From a virus: DNA of 64,000 nucleotides. The stretch lies in the IMG/VR virus record IMGVR_UViG_3300048587_000983, one strand, 5' to 3'. Within the stretch, counting starts at the first letter, position 1. The number at the start of each line of letters is the position of its first letter. A program made the position numbers and the translations under genes. Shown one piece after another: positions 35,321 to 44,461 of this stretch. The notes under the pieces were generated by a model. That model saw only the letters and a program-made list of their open reading frames with translations, was not told where the DNA came from and made no database searches.

Positions 35321-35351
35321 GCCCGCCTCCAGAGTTGGAAGCGGGCTTTTT
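35321..35351 (+). terminator. Rho-independent terminator
   Basis: GCCCGCCTCCA-GAGT-TGGAAGCGGGC then TTTTT. Confidence 0.8.
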
Positions 35352-35368
35352 CACATTAAGGAGACAAA

Positions 35369-36046
35369 ATGGAACAGAAGTGGAGCAACGAAGAGATTGG
35401 CCGTCTGATCGAAATAGCCTGTAAGGCACAGACCGGCTTGCTGCTCGGAAGAGAAAGCTATCAGGACACCAGGAAAGCCTTTCAGGACGCTCTTCGTACA
35501 GCTTACGACGCCGGACTCAGCATGAACAGCGAAAGGCTGCGGAGTGCTCACGAGGCCATGGACTCCACCAGCCGCCTCTGCGATGGTGCAAAAGCGGCGA
35601 TCGCGCAATACGAGGTGGTCCTCGAAACTGTAATGCGTGCTCTGTCGACGAGGATGACAACCGAAGACTACAAAACGCTTTGCCGTCACGACCTTGCCAC
35701 TTATCTGCTGAAAAAACTGCCCCAGTATCCAACCGGCGAGATTTACCAGATCTCCTGGCCGATGACGCTTGAAACAGCTGCGTTTCACGCCCGAAATCAC
35801 TGGGATCAATCCGGGTGTCACTATACCAGCTGCGCGCATTATGGTGGCGATGAGATTTACGTAACTGTTGTCGGGACGCCGCGAGCGCTTCTTCTCTGGG
35901 TGTGTGAGGAGTTTGACAACCTCGATGATATCCTCAAAAACTTCCACGTTTGCGACGACCCGGCGCTTATAAGACACTACATCTCTCAGCACCGCACAGT
36001 CGTCGATCCGACCGAAGAGCTCGAAGAAAAATTGGGTACAAGTTAA
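35369..36046 (+). CDS. Hypothetical protein
   Basis: 225 aa, AAGGAG SD. Confidence 0.7.
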   Translation: MEQKWSNEEIGRLIEIACKAQTGLLLGRESYQDTRKAFQDALRTAYDAGLSMNSERLRSAHEAMDSTSRLCDGAKAAIAQYEVVLETVMRALSTRMTTEDYKTLCRHDLATYLLKKLPQYPTGEIYQISWPMTLETAAFHARNHWDQSGCHYTSCAHYGGDEIYVTVVGTPRALLLWVCEEFDNLDDILKNFHVCDDPALIRHYISQHRTVVDPTEELEEKLGTS

Positions 36047-36077
36047 TTGTAGAATCTCTTTAAACAAGGAAGGTTTC

Positions 36078-36479
36078 ATGACTAAAGAAAAAAGCATTCG
36101 CTTGCACCCGGAGTTTGGCGTCAACCCCACCGTGCTCCAGTGCCCGATTTGCGGCGATGAGTACGGGGTTGCGTTGCTTGGTTATAACAGAGGGAAGGAG
36201 GCGCCACGGGTATCGTGCGACCCCAACTCGATTTGCGGCAAGTGCGAGGAACACAGAAAGATCGGCATTATCCTCATTGAGACGCGCGACGGTGAGTCTG
36301 GCAAAAACCCCCACAGAACGGGCCGCCTCTGGGTTGTAAAGGAAGAGTTCTTCACTCGCGCAGGCGAGCCGGATTCAAACACGGCGGAAATCCTCAAATC
36401 CCGAGTAGCCTTTATAACAAGAGCAACGGCAGATGCGATGGGTCTTCCGGACCCTGAACCCGAAAAAACTGGAGGTTAA
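36078..36479 (+). CDS. Conserved phage Zn-binding protein
   Basis: SIRLHPEFGVNPTV..CPICG...EAP...CGKC...RTG pattern familiar from phage genomes. Confidence 0.7.
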   Translation: MTKEKSIRLHPEFGVNPTVLQCPICGDEYGVALLGYNRGKEAPRVSCDPNSICGKCEEHRKIGIILIETRDGESGKNPHRTGRLWVVKEEFFTRAGEPDSNTAEILKSRVAFITRATADAMGLPDPEPEKTGG

Positions 36480-36482
36480 ATT

Positions 36483-37355
36483 GTGAGCGTCGAATACTGG
36501 CTCGTCACTGAAGCCGTGCCCTATTTCACAAAAAGACTCGGCGGTGACGTCTCTTTTTCAAACGGCGCGAGGATGTTCCAACTCCTCTTCGCCGCCGGCT
36601 GGGAGCCGACAAAAACCCATTACTCTGAAATACCGGACGTCATCTGGCGCATGCACGAAAGCGATGCGCGCGCGAGGATCATACGGCCCATAACGTTCTC
36701 GCTCATGCCCCCGCAGTCAAGACTTCCCGACAAGCAGAGCATCCCCCAATCCCCGCAGGACAGCATGATCCCGGTGGGTTTCCACGCAGACAACCGAACC
36801 TTCATAGTTCCTCTCATCGCTGACGTCGGTTATCGGAATAACGACAGCCCCTATCTTCAGGTCTACTTCGATCATGGAAACCAGGAGGGCCCCTACTTTG
36901 ACGAGACCGGTCATGTCTTTGAAGAAGGCTACGAGTGCGGTGGCGACCAGTTTGCGGAGTTCCTCCTTCCGTCTCTCAGCGAGGAGTGCGAGGAAACGGA
37001 TTTTGATGACGCCCTCCGGGAATTTCTTTTCGATCGCGTCAGCGGTCTTGCGCTAAAGCTCGGCTCGCAGTCTTTCTACAAAGGCTGGAACGAGTACCTC
37101 GTCTCGATTGAGCGGGAGAACTTCAGCTACACGGCCTTCACGGCCGAAGTCAGAGGGCTGCGGGATGAGGTCACAAGGCGAGGCGGCTCCTACGCTCTGG
37201 CGGTCTTCAACGCCGAAGTGAGGCGCATCGTGGATCACTTCTCAAAGCAGGCTTCCCTCTCTGAGCAGGAAAAGCACCGGCAGGCGCTGCGGTACCTCAA
37301 AGACTTTGCGCCGCAATCGATCCAGTCCGCACAGCAAGCCGGTTACGTTCACTAA
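36483..37355 (+). CDS. Hypothetical protein
   Basis: 290 aa, GGAGG SD, GTG start. Confidence 0.7.
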   Translation: MSVEYWLVTEAVPYFTKRLGGDVSFSNGARMFQLLFAAGWEPTKTHYSEIPDVIWRMHESDARARIIRPITFSLMPPQSRLPDKQSIPQSPQDSMIPVGFHADNRTFIVPLIADVGYRNNDSPYLQVYFDHGNQEGPYFDETGHVFEEGYECGGDQFAEFLLPSLSEECEETDFDDALREFLFDRVSGLALKLGSQSFYKGWNEYLVSIERENFSYTAFTAEVRGLRDEVTRRGGSYALAVFNAEVRRIVDHFSKQASLSEQEKHRQALRYLKDFAPQSIQSAQQAGYVH

Positions 37356-37404
37356 CCTTTTAATACCGCACCACAACGGTATGATCCTTGTAGAGATTTC
37401 TTCA

Positions 37405-37437
37405 GGGCCTGCCCGGTTTTCGGGTGGGCCCGATTTT
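37405..37437 (+). terminator. Intergenic 11-bp hairpin (probable terminator)
   Basis: GGGCCTGCCCG-GTTTT-CGGGTGGGCCC then GATTTT. Confidence 0.55.
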
Positions 37438-37467
37438 CCCAACCGATTGGATCTTATAGGAGCCTGA

Positions 37468-38277
37468 ATGGAAACGAATCTAAAAAAATCAACGTTTGAG
37501 GAATTTAAGGCCTGTGCGGAGCAGCGTTTAAGCCTGTCTCAGAACCGGAAAGAGGTCGACGGTGAATACACGGACTCTTACGTCAAACTTTCCGAGATGG
37601 CCCGAGAACTCCTGAAGGACGTCACTGCCGAGGATCTGCGTCGGTTAATTTTTGCCAGTCTTTCAGAAGAACACAAGCAGTCCGACCTCTACGGCTCCGG
37701 CGAGCTGATGCCGGTTCTTTCCGAAAATATTGTAGTCGCCGACTGGTGGTCAGACGAACCGTTTCCGCTGGCCTACTGCATTTTCCGTTTAGCTCATTTA
37801 CCGTGGGGCCAAGGGTCTCTTTGGCGAGCGCATCTCCATGTCAGCCTCCACGCTATCGAGCAGCTCAATTATACGGGACGGTCGAGGTCTGTTAAGACAT
37901 CGGTTTGTCACAACTGCGTTCGTGACTTCACTTGCTCTTCCGGAAAGATCTGTGTTGTCATCGAAGGTCAAGTCGATCAGGTAGCGCGGGCTGTTATCTT
38001 CGCCGTTGAAAACGGTTTCGCTCCCGTCACCGCGCTGGAGACTCTTGAAAAACTCGATAGTTCTGCGGAAGCACTGGATATCAAGTTCAAAAAGTATCAT
38101 GTGGTGCGGGAGTACAAAAGCGAAAAGACTTACGAGGTGCTTGCCTCCAGTCATGATAATGCTCTAAGGCTTGTCAACGAGAGTCTTTTGACCTCCGGCT
38201 CAACGCCTATTTCAGAAAGCGACCTCACATTCCATGGGGAGCGCGTTTACTGTGTGGACGAAGAGGCCGCGTTTTAA
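37468..38277 (+). CDS. Hypothetical protein
   Basis: 269 aa, AGGAG SD. Confidence 0.7.
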   Translation: METNLKKSTFEEFKACAEQRLSLSQNRKEVDGEYTDSYVKLSEMARELLKDVTAEDLRRLIFASLSEEHKQSDLYGSGELMPVLSENIVVADWWSDEPFPLAYCIFRLAHLPWGQGSLWRAHLHVSLHAIEQLNYTGRSRSVKTSVCHNCVRDFTCSSGKICVVIEGQVDQVARAVIFAVENGFAPVTALETLEKLDSSAEALDIKFKKYHVVREYKSEKTYEVLASSHDNALRLVNESLLTSGSTPISESDLTFHGERVYCVDEEAAF

Positions 38278-38391
38278 TCAGGTACTAAGGAGTCGAAATT
38301 CTCTAGTGGCTGACCGGCACCCTTCCTGATACTGTCTTTCCCTATTAGCAGCCAAACAGTCAGTTATCCTCTGCGAACGGGAGCCTTCCGT

Positions 38392-38784
38392 ATGACAGTG
38401 CCGCCGACAGCCGTTGGTACGTTTCGGGACAAGCGTGGGAATTTCTGGGTTAGCGTCGAGGCGGTTTGTGACTTCCTCGGCGTGGACTTTGGGTGTGAGC
38501 GAAAGCGCATAAAGGCCATGAGCCGGGCTTTGCACCCGCACAACTTCATGCGCCACCGCTTCACCTCTCCCCGCTCGCGCACTCGCTACTATATCTTCAG
38601 CCTGCCGGCCGGCGAGCTTTTGCTTTGGATCAATGCCATGGCGGAGACGCCATCCTATAAATGCCCGAAATCGGGTAAAAGATTTACGGTGGATCGCCAG
38701 CGCCTTCTTCATATTCGGCGGTCGCTCAAGAATCAAAAAGCGCTTTCAAAAGCCAGGGAGCTTGAGGAAGTGCTCTCAGCCTAA
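38392..38784 (+). CDS. Phage antirepressor N-terminal (P22_AR_N)-like protein
   Basis: WVSVEAVCDFLGVDF...RKRI...SLP...LLLWI pattern. Confidence 0.55.
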   Translation: MTVPPTAVGTFRDKRGNFWVSVEAVCDFLGVDFGCERKRIKAMSRALHPHNFMRHRFTSPRSRTRYYIFSLPAGELLLWINAMAETPSYKCPKSGKRFTVDRQRLLHIRRSLKNQKALSKARELEEVLSA

Positions 38785-38795
38785 AGGACACACTA

Positions 38796-39515
38796 ATGCA
38801 AGAGCAAACATCGCTTGTGGCACGGGATGTCGTGCTGCAGCCCGGGGATCGTTTTGTCGTCAAGGAGCAGCCCTATGTTCTGAACGCCTGGCGCAAAATT
38901 CTCGGGATCGTGCAGGACGACGACCTTCTCAATGCCAAAATCCGTTACGTAAGAGTTTTTCAAGGAACGGCCACCATCGCCGCCCCCCACGTCCTTCTTC
39001 GCACGGGCTTAAACCTGCCTGACGGCTTTTACCAGCTGACGATCGACAACTGCCTCGTTTTCAGCGATCGGTGCGAGGAGGACATCAACAGGCCAAACCT
39101 TAAGGCCATGACAGCCAGCGAGCCCGTTCCGAGACAAGCCATGCACGATCTTTTAAACTGGGTTACCTGGGTCGGCGACCTCGATCGGCAAAAGCCTGCA
39201 ACGATCGGCATCAACCGTAAAGGGTTCTGGCTGGCGGACAACCCCAAGGCCCCTCCGCATCGAATCCCAAGCAGCCGTGAGGGTTACGCACTGGACCTCC
39301 CGGTACCCGAGGATGACCCGATTTTCGTGAGCGGCTTCAATCTTGAACTGGCGCTCAAGGAAATCACGCGGTACGATACGGTCGTAATCGCATACGAGAG
39401 AAACCCTAACGACCTCACGCCGCTTTTCATCGGGCAGAAGTGGGAACGGTGCGCTCTCGTTATGACAAAACCGCCGTATTTGACCCATTCGAGGCCACAT
39501 GGACAACAGCTTTGA
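38796..39515 (+). CDS. Possible divergent sliding-clamp-like protein
   Basis: C-terminus FVSGFNLELAL...TVVIAY...TPLFI...ALVM resembles the beta-clamp C-terminal domain; 239 aa. Confidence 0.35.
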   Translation: MQEQTSLVARDVVLQPGDRFVVKEQPYVLNAWRKILGIVQDDDLLNAKIRYVRVFQGTATIAAPHVLLRTGLNLPDGFYQLTIDNCLVFSDRCEEDINRPNLKAMTASEPVPRQAMHDLLNWVTWVGDLDRQKPATIGINRKGFWLADNPKAPPHRIPSSREGYALDLPVPEDDPIFVSGFNLELALKEITRYDTVVIAYERNPNDLTPLFIGQKWERCALVMTKPPYLTHSRPHGQQL

Positions 39516-40314
39516 CAAGCTTTTCTACCATCACGGGCGTTTTGTTGCCGGCGTGGACGAGACCGGCGTCTCCGATATCGCCGGGCCGCTCATTGCGGCC
39601 TGCGTGATCCTGCCCCAATTCCAGGGGCGGGCGGACGACGTCCGGATCTTTGAAGTGGACGACTCCAAAAAGGTCCCGGAGCGCTACCGCAAGAAAAAGG
39701 CCGAAGTGATCTGGCAATGCGCGCTCGGCATCGGCATAGGGGAGGTGACCCCGACCGAGATCGACGCTCTTGGACAGGAGGCCTCGGTTCGTCTGGCCAT
39801 GCTGCGCTCGATTATGGCGTGCAAGGCGCCAGGCAGCAACAAGCCGGCACGCCCTGATTTTTTAATGATTGACGATGCGCAGGGCGTCTACGCCCCGCTC
39901 AAAATCAAACAGGCCAACATTCCCGGCGGTGACGGAAAAAGCCTTTGCATCGCCGCGGCCAGCATCATAGCCAAGGTCTATCGTGACGAGTATATGTGCA
40001 AGCTCCACCAGAGCTACCCCTATTACGATTGGATCAACAACAAGGGCCACCCCTGTAAAAACCACTTCGATGGCCTTGACTCCCATGGTTTTCAGGTGGG
40101 GATTCACCGGGTCAAGCGCTGGCCGTTTGTCAAAAACCCGCGCCTTGCTGAAGATGCCGCGGAGTCAGCCATGTGGAACAGACGGCGAAGGCTCTGGCGC
40201 AAAATCACCGAGCAGAAACTGGAATCGGAAATAGGAGAGGGTCTATGGACTTTAAAACCTCAATCCTTTCGTCCCTCACAGCGCTCCAGGAGCCCTATAC
40301 AAAAGGCTCTGTGA
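39499..40314 (+). CDS. rnhB: Ribonuclease HII
   Basis: GVDETG..IAGP, DDSKK, GDGKSLCIAAASIIAKVYRD, NNKG, IHR motifs. Confidence 0.9.
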   Translation: MDNSFDKLFYHHGRFVAGVDETGVSDIAGPLIAACVILPQFQGRADDVRIFEVDDSKKVPERYRKKKAEVIWQCALGIGIGEVTPTEIDALGQEASVRLAMLRSIMACKAPGSNKPARPDFLMIDDAQGVYAPLKIKQANIPGGDGKSLCIAAASIIAKVYRDEYMCKLHQSYPYYDWINNKGHPCKNHFDGLDSHGFQVGIHRVKRWPFVKNPRLAEDAAESAMWNRRRRLWRKITEQKLESEIGEGLWTLKPQSFRPSQRSRSPIQKAL

Positions 40315-40452
40315 CGTGGAAGCAGATCGAGGAGATGAAACTTATGGTCGGCCGCGAGGACAACGTGACCAAGCTCGCCCACATGCTCAAGATCATGCAG
40401 GAGCTTCTGGGCCGTGAGATCAAGGTCACAGCACCGGAAGAGGAGACGGTCG

Positions 40453-41037
40453 ATGACAGCACCCTATGAAAACTCCGAGCCCATTGTGAGCCGCTACAGC
40501 GAAATCCTCTTCGGCGTCAGGCACGGTTCGGAAAGCTTCACCGTCGCATTTCTTCCTGGAAAGATCGCCCTTGCGGGAACGCCGGGCCACCAGTTTTTTT
40601 TAAATCCTGGCAATGTCCCGGCGGAGCGCCTCGGTGAGGTCATGCAGTCGAGAAAGGACCTTATGGAGCGCGCTCTTGTCCATAAGGAAACCAGCTCGGA
40701 TCGTGCCAAATTTCTAACGTCAATCGACACCCTTTTGCATGAGGGCGTGATCGATGGGGTCGGGCGGGCCACCCTCCGCGCTTTCATCATGAAGTGCGAC
40801 TGCCCTCCGAAAAGAATCAAGGAAAAACTGAGAGCTATGGGTTACGCCCATATCATCCCGCAGCTCGACTTTGAGCGTTACCCCGACGAGCTGACGAGCA
40901 CCATCGATGCCATGGAGAAGTTTTTGAATGGCCTCCCAAAGACTACAGAAGCCGCCGCGCAAAGTGAAACCAGGAGCACTCGCGCCCGAGCTGCAATTTC
41001 GCCTTCACCTCAGCGAAGGCCATCTAAAAGTTCTTGA
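40453..41037 (+). CDS. Hypothetical protein
   Basis: 194 aa, AGGAG SD. Confidence 0.6.
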   Translation: MTAPYENSEPIVSRYSEILFGVRHGSESFTVAFLPGKIALAGTPGHQFFLNPGNVPAERLGEVMQSRKDLMERALVHKETSSDRAKFLTSIDTLLHEGVIDGVGRATLRAFIMKCDCPPKRIKEKLRAMGYAHIIPQLDFERYPDELTSTIDAMEKFLNGLPKTTEAAAQSETRSTRARAAISPSPQRRPSKSS

Positions 41038-41407
41038 AAAAGCCCTCGACCTTTATTCGCGCGTCGGCATGGGGCAGCTCGCCGAACCCATCCGAATCAT
41101 GGCCGAGGGGCGGCCGGATGCCGCCGGGATCACAGAAATCCGCGATGCCCTCGTTACGGCTTTGGGCGGGGTGGAGTTTCCCGATCAATCGCAGTCCATC
41201 AGCTCCAGCCGCATCTCTGATGAGTTTCGTGTGGCCTACGATATCCAGCAGGTTGCGCGCCATGCGCTCCATACCGTTCGCTTTTACCGCGACCCGGGCT
41301 ATAGGCAAAATTGTAATGCTTACGTCTACGGCGATCTGCCGAGAAGGTATTCGGCCTATGAGCCGATCATGCCCATTCTGCTCATGAGGCCTCTTCTTAG
41401 GAGGTAG
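40928..41407 (+). CDS. Conserved phage hypothetical protein (start uncertain)
   Basis: ALDLYSRVGMGQ...AYDIQQVARH pattern. Confidence 0.6.
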   Translation: MASQRLQKPPRKVKPGALAPELQFRLHLSEGHLKVLEKALDLYSRVGMGQLAEPIRIMAEGRPDAAGITEIRDALVTALGGVEFPDQSQSISSSRISDEFRVAYDIQQVARHALHTVRFYRDPGYRQNCNAYVYGDLPRRYSAYEPIMPILLMRPLLRR

Positions 41408-41410
41408 GTC

Positions 41411-41644
41411 GTGAGTGTCAAAGCCCGTCTTGAATTTCTCGATGGTTCCGTATTCGAGGTCGCCCTCCCCGCCTGGCATCAGGAAGCGGTGATTCTCGTT
41501 TCGCCAAAACCGGGTACAATGGAGAACGTAAACCTCGATTATGTTAGAACGACAAGGGCGCTTGTGCGGGTTTACCGTGAACGGCCCCCGGCCCGGATCA
41601 TTCCCTTTCCTCTCGACAGGGTGAAGCGAAAGGCCGGCAGTTAA
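41411..41644 (+). CDS. Hypothetical protein
   Basis: 77 aa, AGGAGG SD. Confidence 0.55.
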   Translation: MSVKARLEFLDGSVFEVALPAWHQEAVILVSPKPGTMENVNLDYVRTTRALVRVYRERPPARIIPFPLDRVKRKAGS

Positions 41645-41669
41645 GCCTACTTACCGTGGAGTTACCGTG

Positions 41670-42083
41670 ATGAGAAGTTTCTGGGATGGCTTTGAAAAGA
41701 AGGCCAATGCGCTCGCCGCCTTCAAGGGGCTCGCCAAAAGAACGAGGCTGCCCGAGACCGCTGGTCAGGCGGAACGGGTGTTGAACTACGGGGCCATGAA
41801 GGCCGCACCGAAGCCCGCCACCAGGACGCTCGACTACGGGGCCATGAACGCCGAGAGGAGCCACGCAAGGGCCATGAAGGAGCACGATGCCGCCCGGATC
41901 AATTACTCGAGCGGGAAGCCCGTTTTGGAGGCCAAGGGGGCTCCTGTGCAGACCCCCGCTTCCCAGACGGTCGCCCCACCTCCCAGCCCTGATGCTGTGG
42001 CCATGAAGCGCATCCAGAATGCAACCAAGGGGTCAACGCCGATCACCCACTGGAATGATGCCCTAAAGGAGGGGACCCGGTAG
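41670..42083 (+). CDS. Tagged protein outside the structural operon (putative virion cargo)
   Basis: MRSFWDGFEKKANA; GGAG SD 8 nt before ATG 41670. Confidence 0.7.
   Translation: MRSFWDGFEKKANALAAFKGLAKRTRLPETAGQAERVLNYGAMKAAPKPATRTLDYGAMNAERSHARAMKEHDAARINYSSGKPVLEAKGAPVQTPASQTVAPPPSPDAVAMKRIQNATKGSTPITHWNDALKEGTR
41785..41848 (+). repeat. 16-bp intragenic direct repeat
   Basis: ACTACGGGGCCATGAA at 41785-41800 and 41833-41848 (L[N/D]YGAM peptide repeat). Confidence 0.8.
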
Positions 42084-42086
42084 GAA

Positions 42087-42371
42087 TTATTCCTTCGAGT
42101 AAGCCTCGATCTCAAAGGGTATCCGGCGATAGGCCTCGTCGTGATTCCGGTAGCGAATGAGGTTTGCGAAATAATCCTTGAGGTAGATCACGTAGAACAT
42201 GAAAATTCCGTGTCGATCCATTTGGGCTTGATGGACGAGCTCGTGACGAATCACCCTTCGCGGGAGCTCGCCCTTTTTATAGCCGGTCAGCATCCACCTT
42301 CCAAGAACCATGGCCGCGTAGTTTTTCATGGGCCAGAATCGGAAAATCCACGAGTTATAGATGATCTTCAT
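42087..42371 (-). CDS. Small HExxH metallopeptidase-like protein
   Basis: IRHELVHQAQ...YRRIPFEIEAY. Confidence 0.7.
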   Translation of the reverse strand: MKIIYNSWIFRFWPMKNYAAMVLGRWMLTGYKKGELPRRVIRHELVHQAQMDRHGIFMFYVIYLKDYFANLIRYRNHDEAYRRIPFEIEAYSKE

Positions 42372-42558
42372 GGCGTCCCTCCGCGGATCTTATCGGAGGA
42401 AACGGGCGCGGGTAAAGCTTTGGCGCGTTTTGCCGAAAGGGGCGGGGGAGACGGCCAGCTCCATGTACCTCCTTCACTGCAAGCGAAGAGGTCCCCCTGA
42501 AAAGAGCGGCGTTTCCTGGAGGCCGGGGGTTTTTCGGAGCCTCGTAGCACCCGGCCTT

Positions 42559-42834
42559 TCAATCCCTTCGGCCAGCGCCGGCGACGTTCATGTGAAATTT
42601 AAAGCCATAGCGGGCACAGATCGCCCCACAAAGAATACGCAGCGATTCTATGTTGCGCCCCTTGATGCCTATGACCTTGCCCCGATCCGAGGGCGCGGTA
42701 TCCACCGTGAAGGCGACGGTCTTCTCCGAGCAGATAAACTCAATCGAAACTTCCGACGGGTGGTCCAGAAGCTGCCGAAAAAGGGGAGCTATGACGTCAT
42801 CGTGCAGGTATCGGGACAATGTCCGGGTGTCCAT
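42559..42834 (-). CDS. khpA: KhpA-like single KH-domain RNA-binding protein
   Basis: LLDHPSEVSI...VDTAPSDRGKVIGIKGRNIESLRIL (GKVIGxxG KH motif). Confidence 0.8.
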   Translation of the reverse strand: MDTRTLSRYLHDDVIAPLFRQLLDHPSEVSIEFICSEKTVAFTVDTAPSDRGKVIGIKGRNIESLRILCGAICARYGFKFHMNVAGAGRRD

Positions 42835-43651
42835 AGGCAATCGCTCCAATGGTGACGGTGAATCCGGCGGCGCTATGGTGCCCGCCTCCACCGAAGGCTT
42901 CGGCGATAGCGGCGACGTTAAACCCCTTTTCGGAGCGAAGGGAATAAGTTCGCAGCCACGTCCTGTCAGCCGTCTCCGTATCGTAGTAGACCACCGAAAA
43001 ATCGCTGTCAGGAAACTTTTCGAGAAGGGCATGACCGATCTCCGACCGGTATAGCGGGCTGTTGACTGCCGGAACTCTATGACCTTTGATTTCAAGATGG
43101 CCGCTCCTTTCGGTGAGAAACCGCACGCTCTCGTTGACGACAGACAACTGGATTGCGCCGATCTCTGAGAGTGTGGAGGTGTCGTGCATGTTCCGCTTCC
43201 AGACCTCAAAGTCCTCAGAGATTGACCGGAGCGCTGTGGTTATCTCCCGCGTCTCAAACATCTGAAACTTCCAGAGGTCTCTGTCCTGGATATGACGCAG
43301 GAGCTTTGGCGTATGCCTGCCAGGGTGAAAGTATTCCCAGGCCATGACCGCGCCGGACTTGTCGGGGTTGAAGTGGCAAAAGTCGAGCCCTTCCAAGTCC
43401 GCTTTGGCCGTCTTATGGTGGTCGAGCACCGTAATCTTGAGCCGCGTCACCTCGCGTAGAAGAATGTCACGCTTGAAGCTGAAGTCGAGAACAAAGACCT
43501 CATCCCCGGTCTCACACATATCAAAAGGCGCATCGCCTTCATCGTAGCGACAGGCCCTGTACATGGCGCCATAACCGAACTTTTCCCAGGCCGCGTAGGC
43601 AGCCCCATAGCCATCGAGACAGTCGGCGTGATAAAAAATCCATGTTGTCAT
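42797..43651 (-). CDS. DHH/DHHA1 phosphoesterase
   Basis: YHADCLDG, LDFS, LDHH, SLRS...GGGGHHSAAGF. Confidence 0.9.
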   Translation of the reverse strand: MTTWIFYHADCLDGYGAAYAAWEKFGYGAMYRACRYDEGDAPFDMCETGDEVFVLDFSFKRDILLREVTRLKITVLDHHKTAKADLEGLDFCHFNPDKSGAVMAWEYFHPGRHTPKLLRHIQDRDLWKFQMFETREITTALRSISEDFEVWKRNMHDTSTLSEIGAIQLSVVNESVRFLTERSGHLEIKGHRVPAVNSPLYRSEIGHALLEKFPDSDFSVVYYDTETADRTWLRTYSLRSEKGFNVAAIAEAFGGGGHHSAAGFTVTIGAIAYGHPDIVPIPAR

Positions 43652-43893
43652 TCGACTTCATCCTCATCATCCTTGCGGCGTGTGACCACCCAGTGTGTGG
43701 TAACCTCGGCCCTCAGGGTGTAGCCCGTTTTTTTGCCCGTGGCCTTTTCGAGGACTGTGACCTCGAACTCATCGTCGTCCATCGCGTCGTCAGTGAGAAC
43801 GGTCTCCGCGTAACGGCTCGCCGCACCGTAGGCTGTGCCCGCCTGTATCGTCCGCGACTCAAGACCCTCGCCTGATACAATAAATTCAGCCAT
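43648..43893 (-). CDS. Small acidic hypothetical protein
   Basis: 81 aa, ATGA-coupled. Confidence 0.55.
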   Translation of the reverse strand: MAEFIVSGEGLESRTIQAGTAYGAASRYAETVLTDDAMDDDEFEVTVLEKATGKKTGYTLRAEVTTHWVVTRRKDDEDEVE

Positions 43894-43895
43894 GT

Positions 43896-44225
43896 CTACC
43901 CTTTTGCGTCTGGTTTTTTGGAATTGTAGTCGAGAAGGCCGCGCGCGACAACAAAGAGAAAGTAGCCCAAAAACCCGGCTGTCACAGTTTTCATGGCGGG
44001 TTTCGCCAGCGTGATAACAAGGAGCGCCGTAACAAAGCCGAAGAACGCGCCCTCGACAAAGGCGTTAAGAGTGCGGTCGCGCTCCTTCAGCCTGTAGGCC
44101 TTTTTTGAGACCCGAATGATCCGCTCCTTTTTGGCTTTCGCTTCAGCGGAGCGTGCAAAAACGCTGGAAATGGAGGTGAACCTCCGCACGGGCGTCGAGC
44201 GTGTCACTGGCCCAAAGGATCTCAT
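43896..44225 (-). CDS. Two-TM membrane protein
   Basis: Two hydrophobic helices near C-terminus. Confidence 0.55.
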   Translation of the reverse strand: MRSFGPVTRSTPVRRFTSISSVFARSAEAKAKKERIIRVSKKAYRLKERDRTLNAFVEGAFFGFVTALLVITLAKPAMKTVTAGFLGYFLFVVARGLLDYNSKKPDAKG

Positions 44226-44461
44226 TCCTCTTTCTCCCTCGCACCACCAGCCTTCTTGAGGTGGACAGTGACCTCCAATGTCTCCGGGCAGACCTCCACC
44301 CAGTCGACTTCCAGGTCTTTCACCGGCAGACCGTCGAGCGTATTTTCCGTCGCCCCGCATAGCCAATCGCGGACCTCGTCATTCAGCTCTCCAACAAGAC
44401 CCCCCAGGCGTTCGGCGATAGCCTCCGCCACTTTTTTTACCAAATCCTCATCGGCACTCAT
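44222..44461 (-). CDS. Hypothetical protein
   Basis: 79 aa, coupled. Confidence 0.5.
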   Translation of the reverse strand: MSADEDLVKKVAEAIAERLGGLVGELNDEVRDWLCGATENTLDGLPVKDLEVDWVEVCPETLEVTVHLKKAGGAREKEE

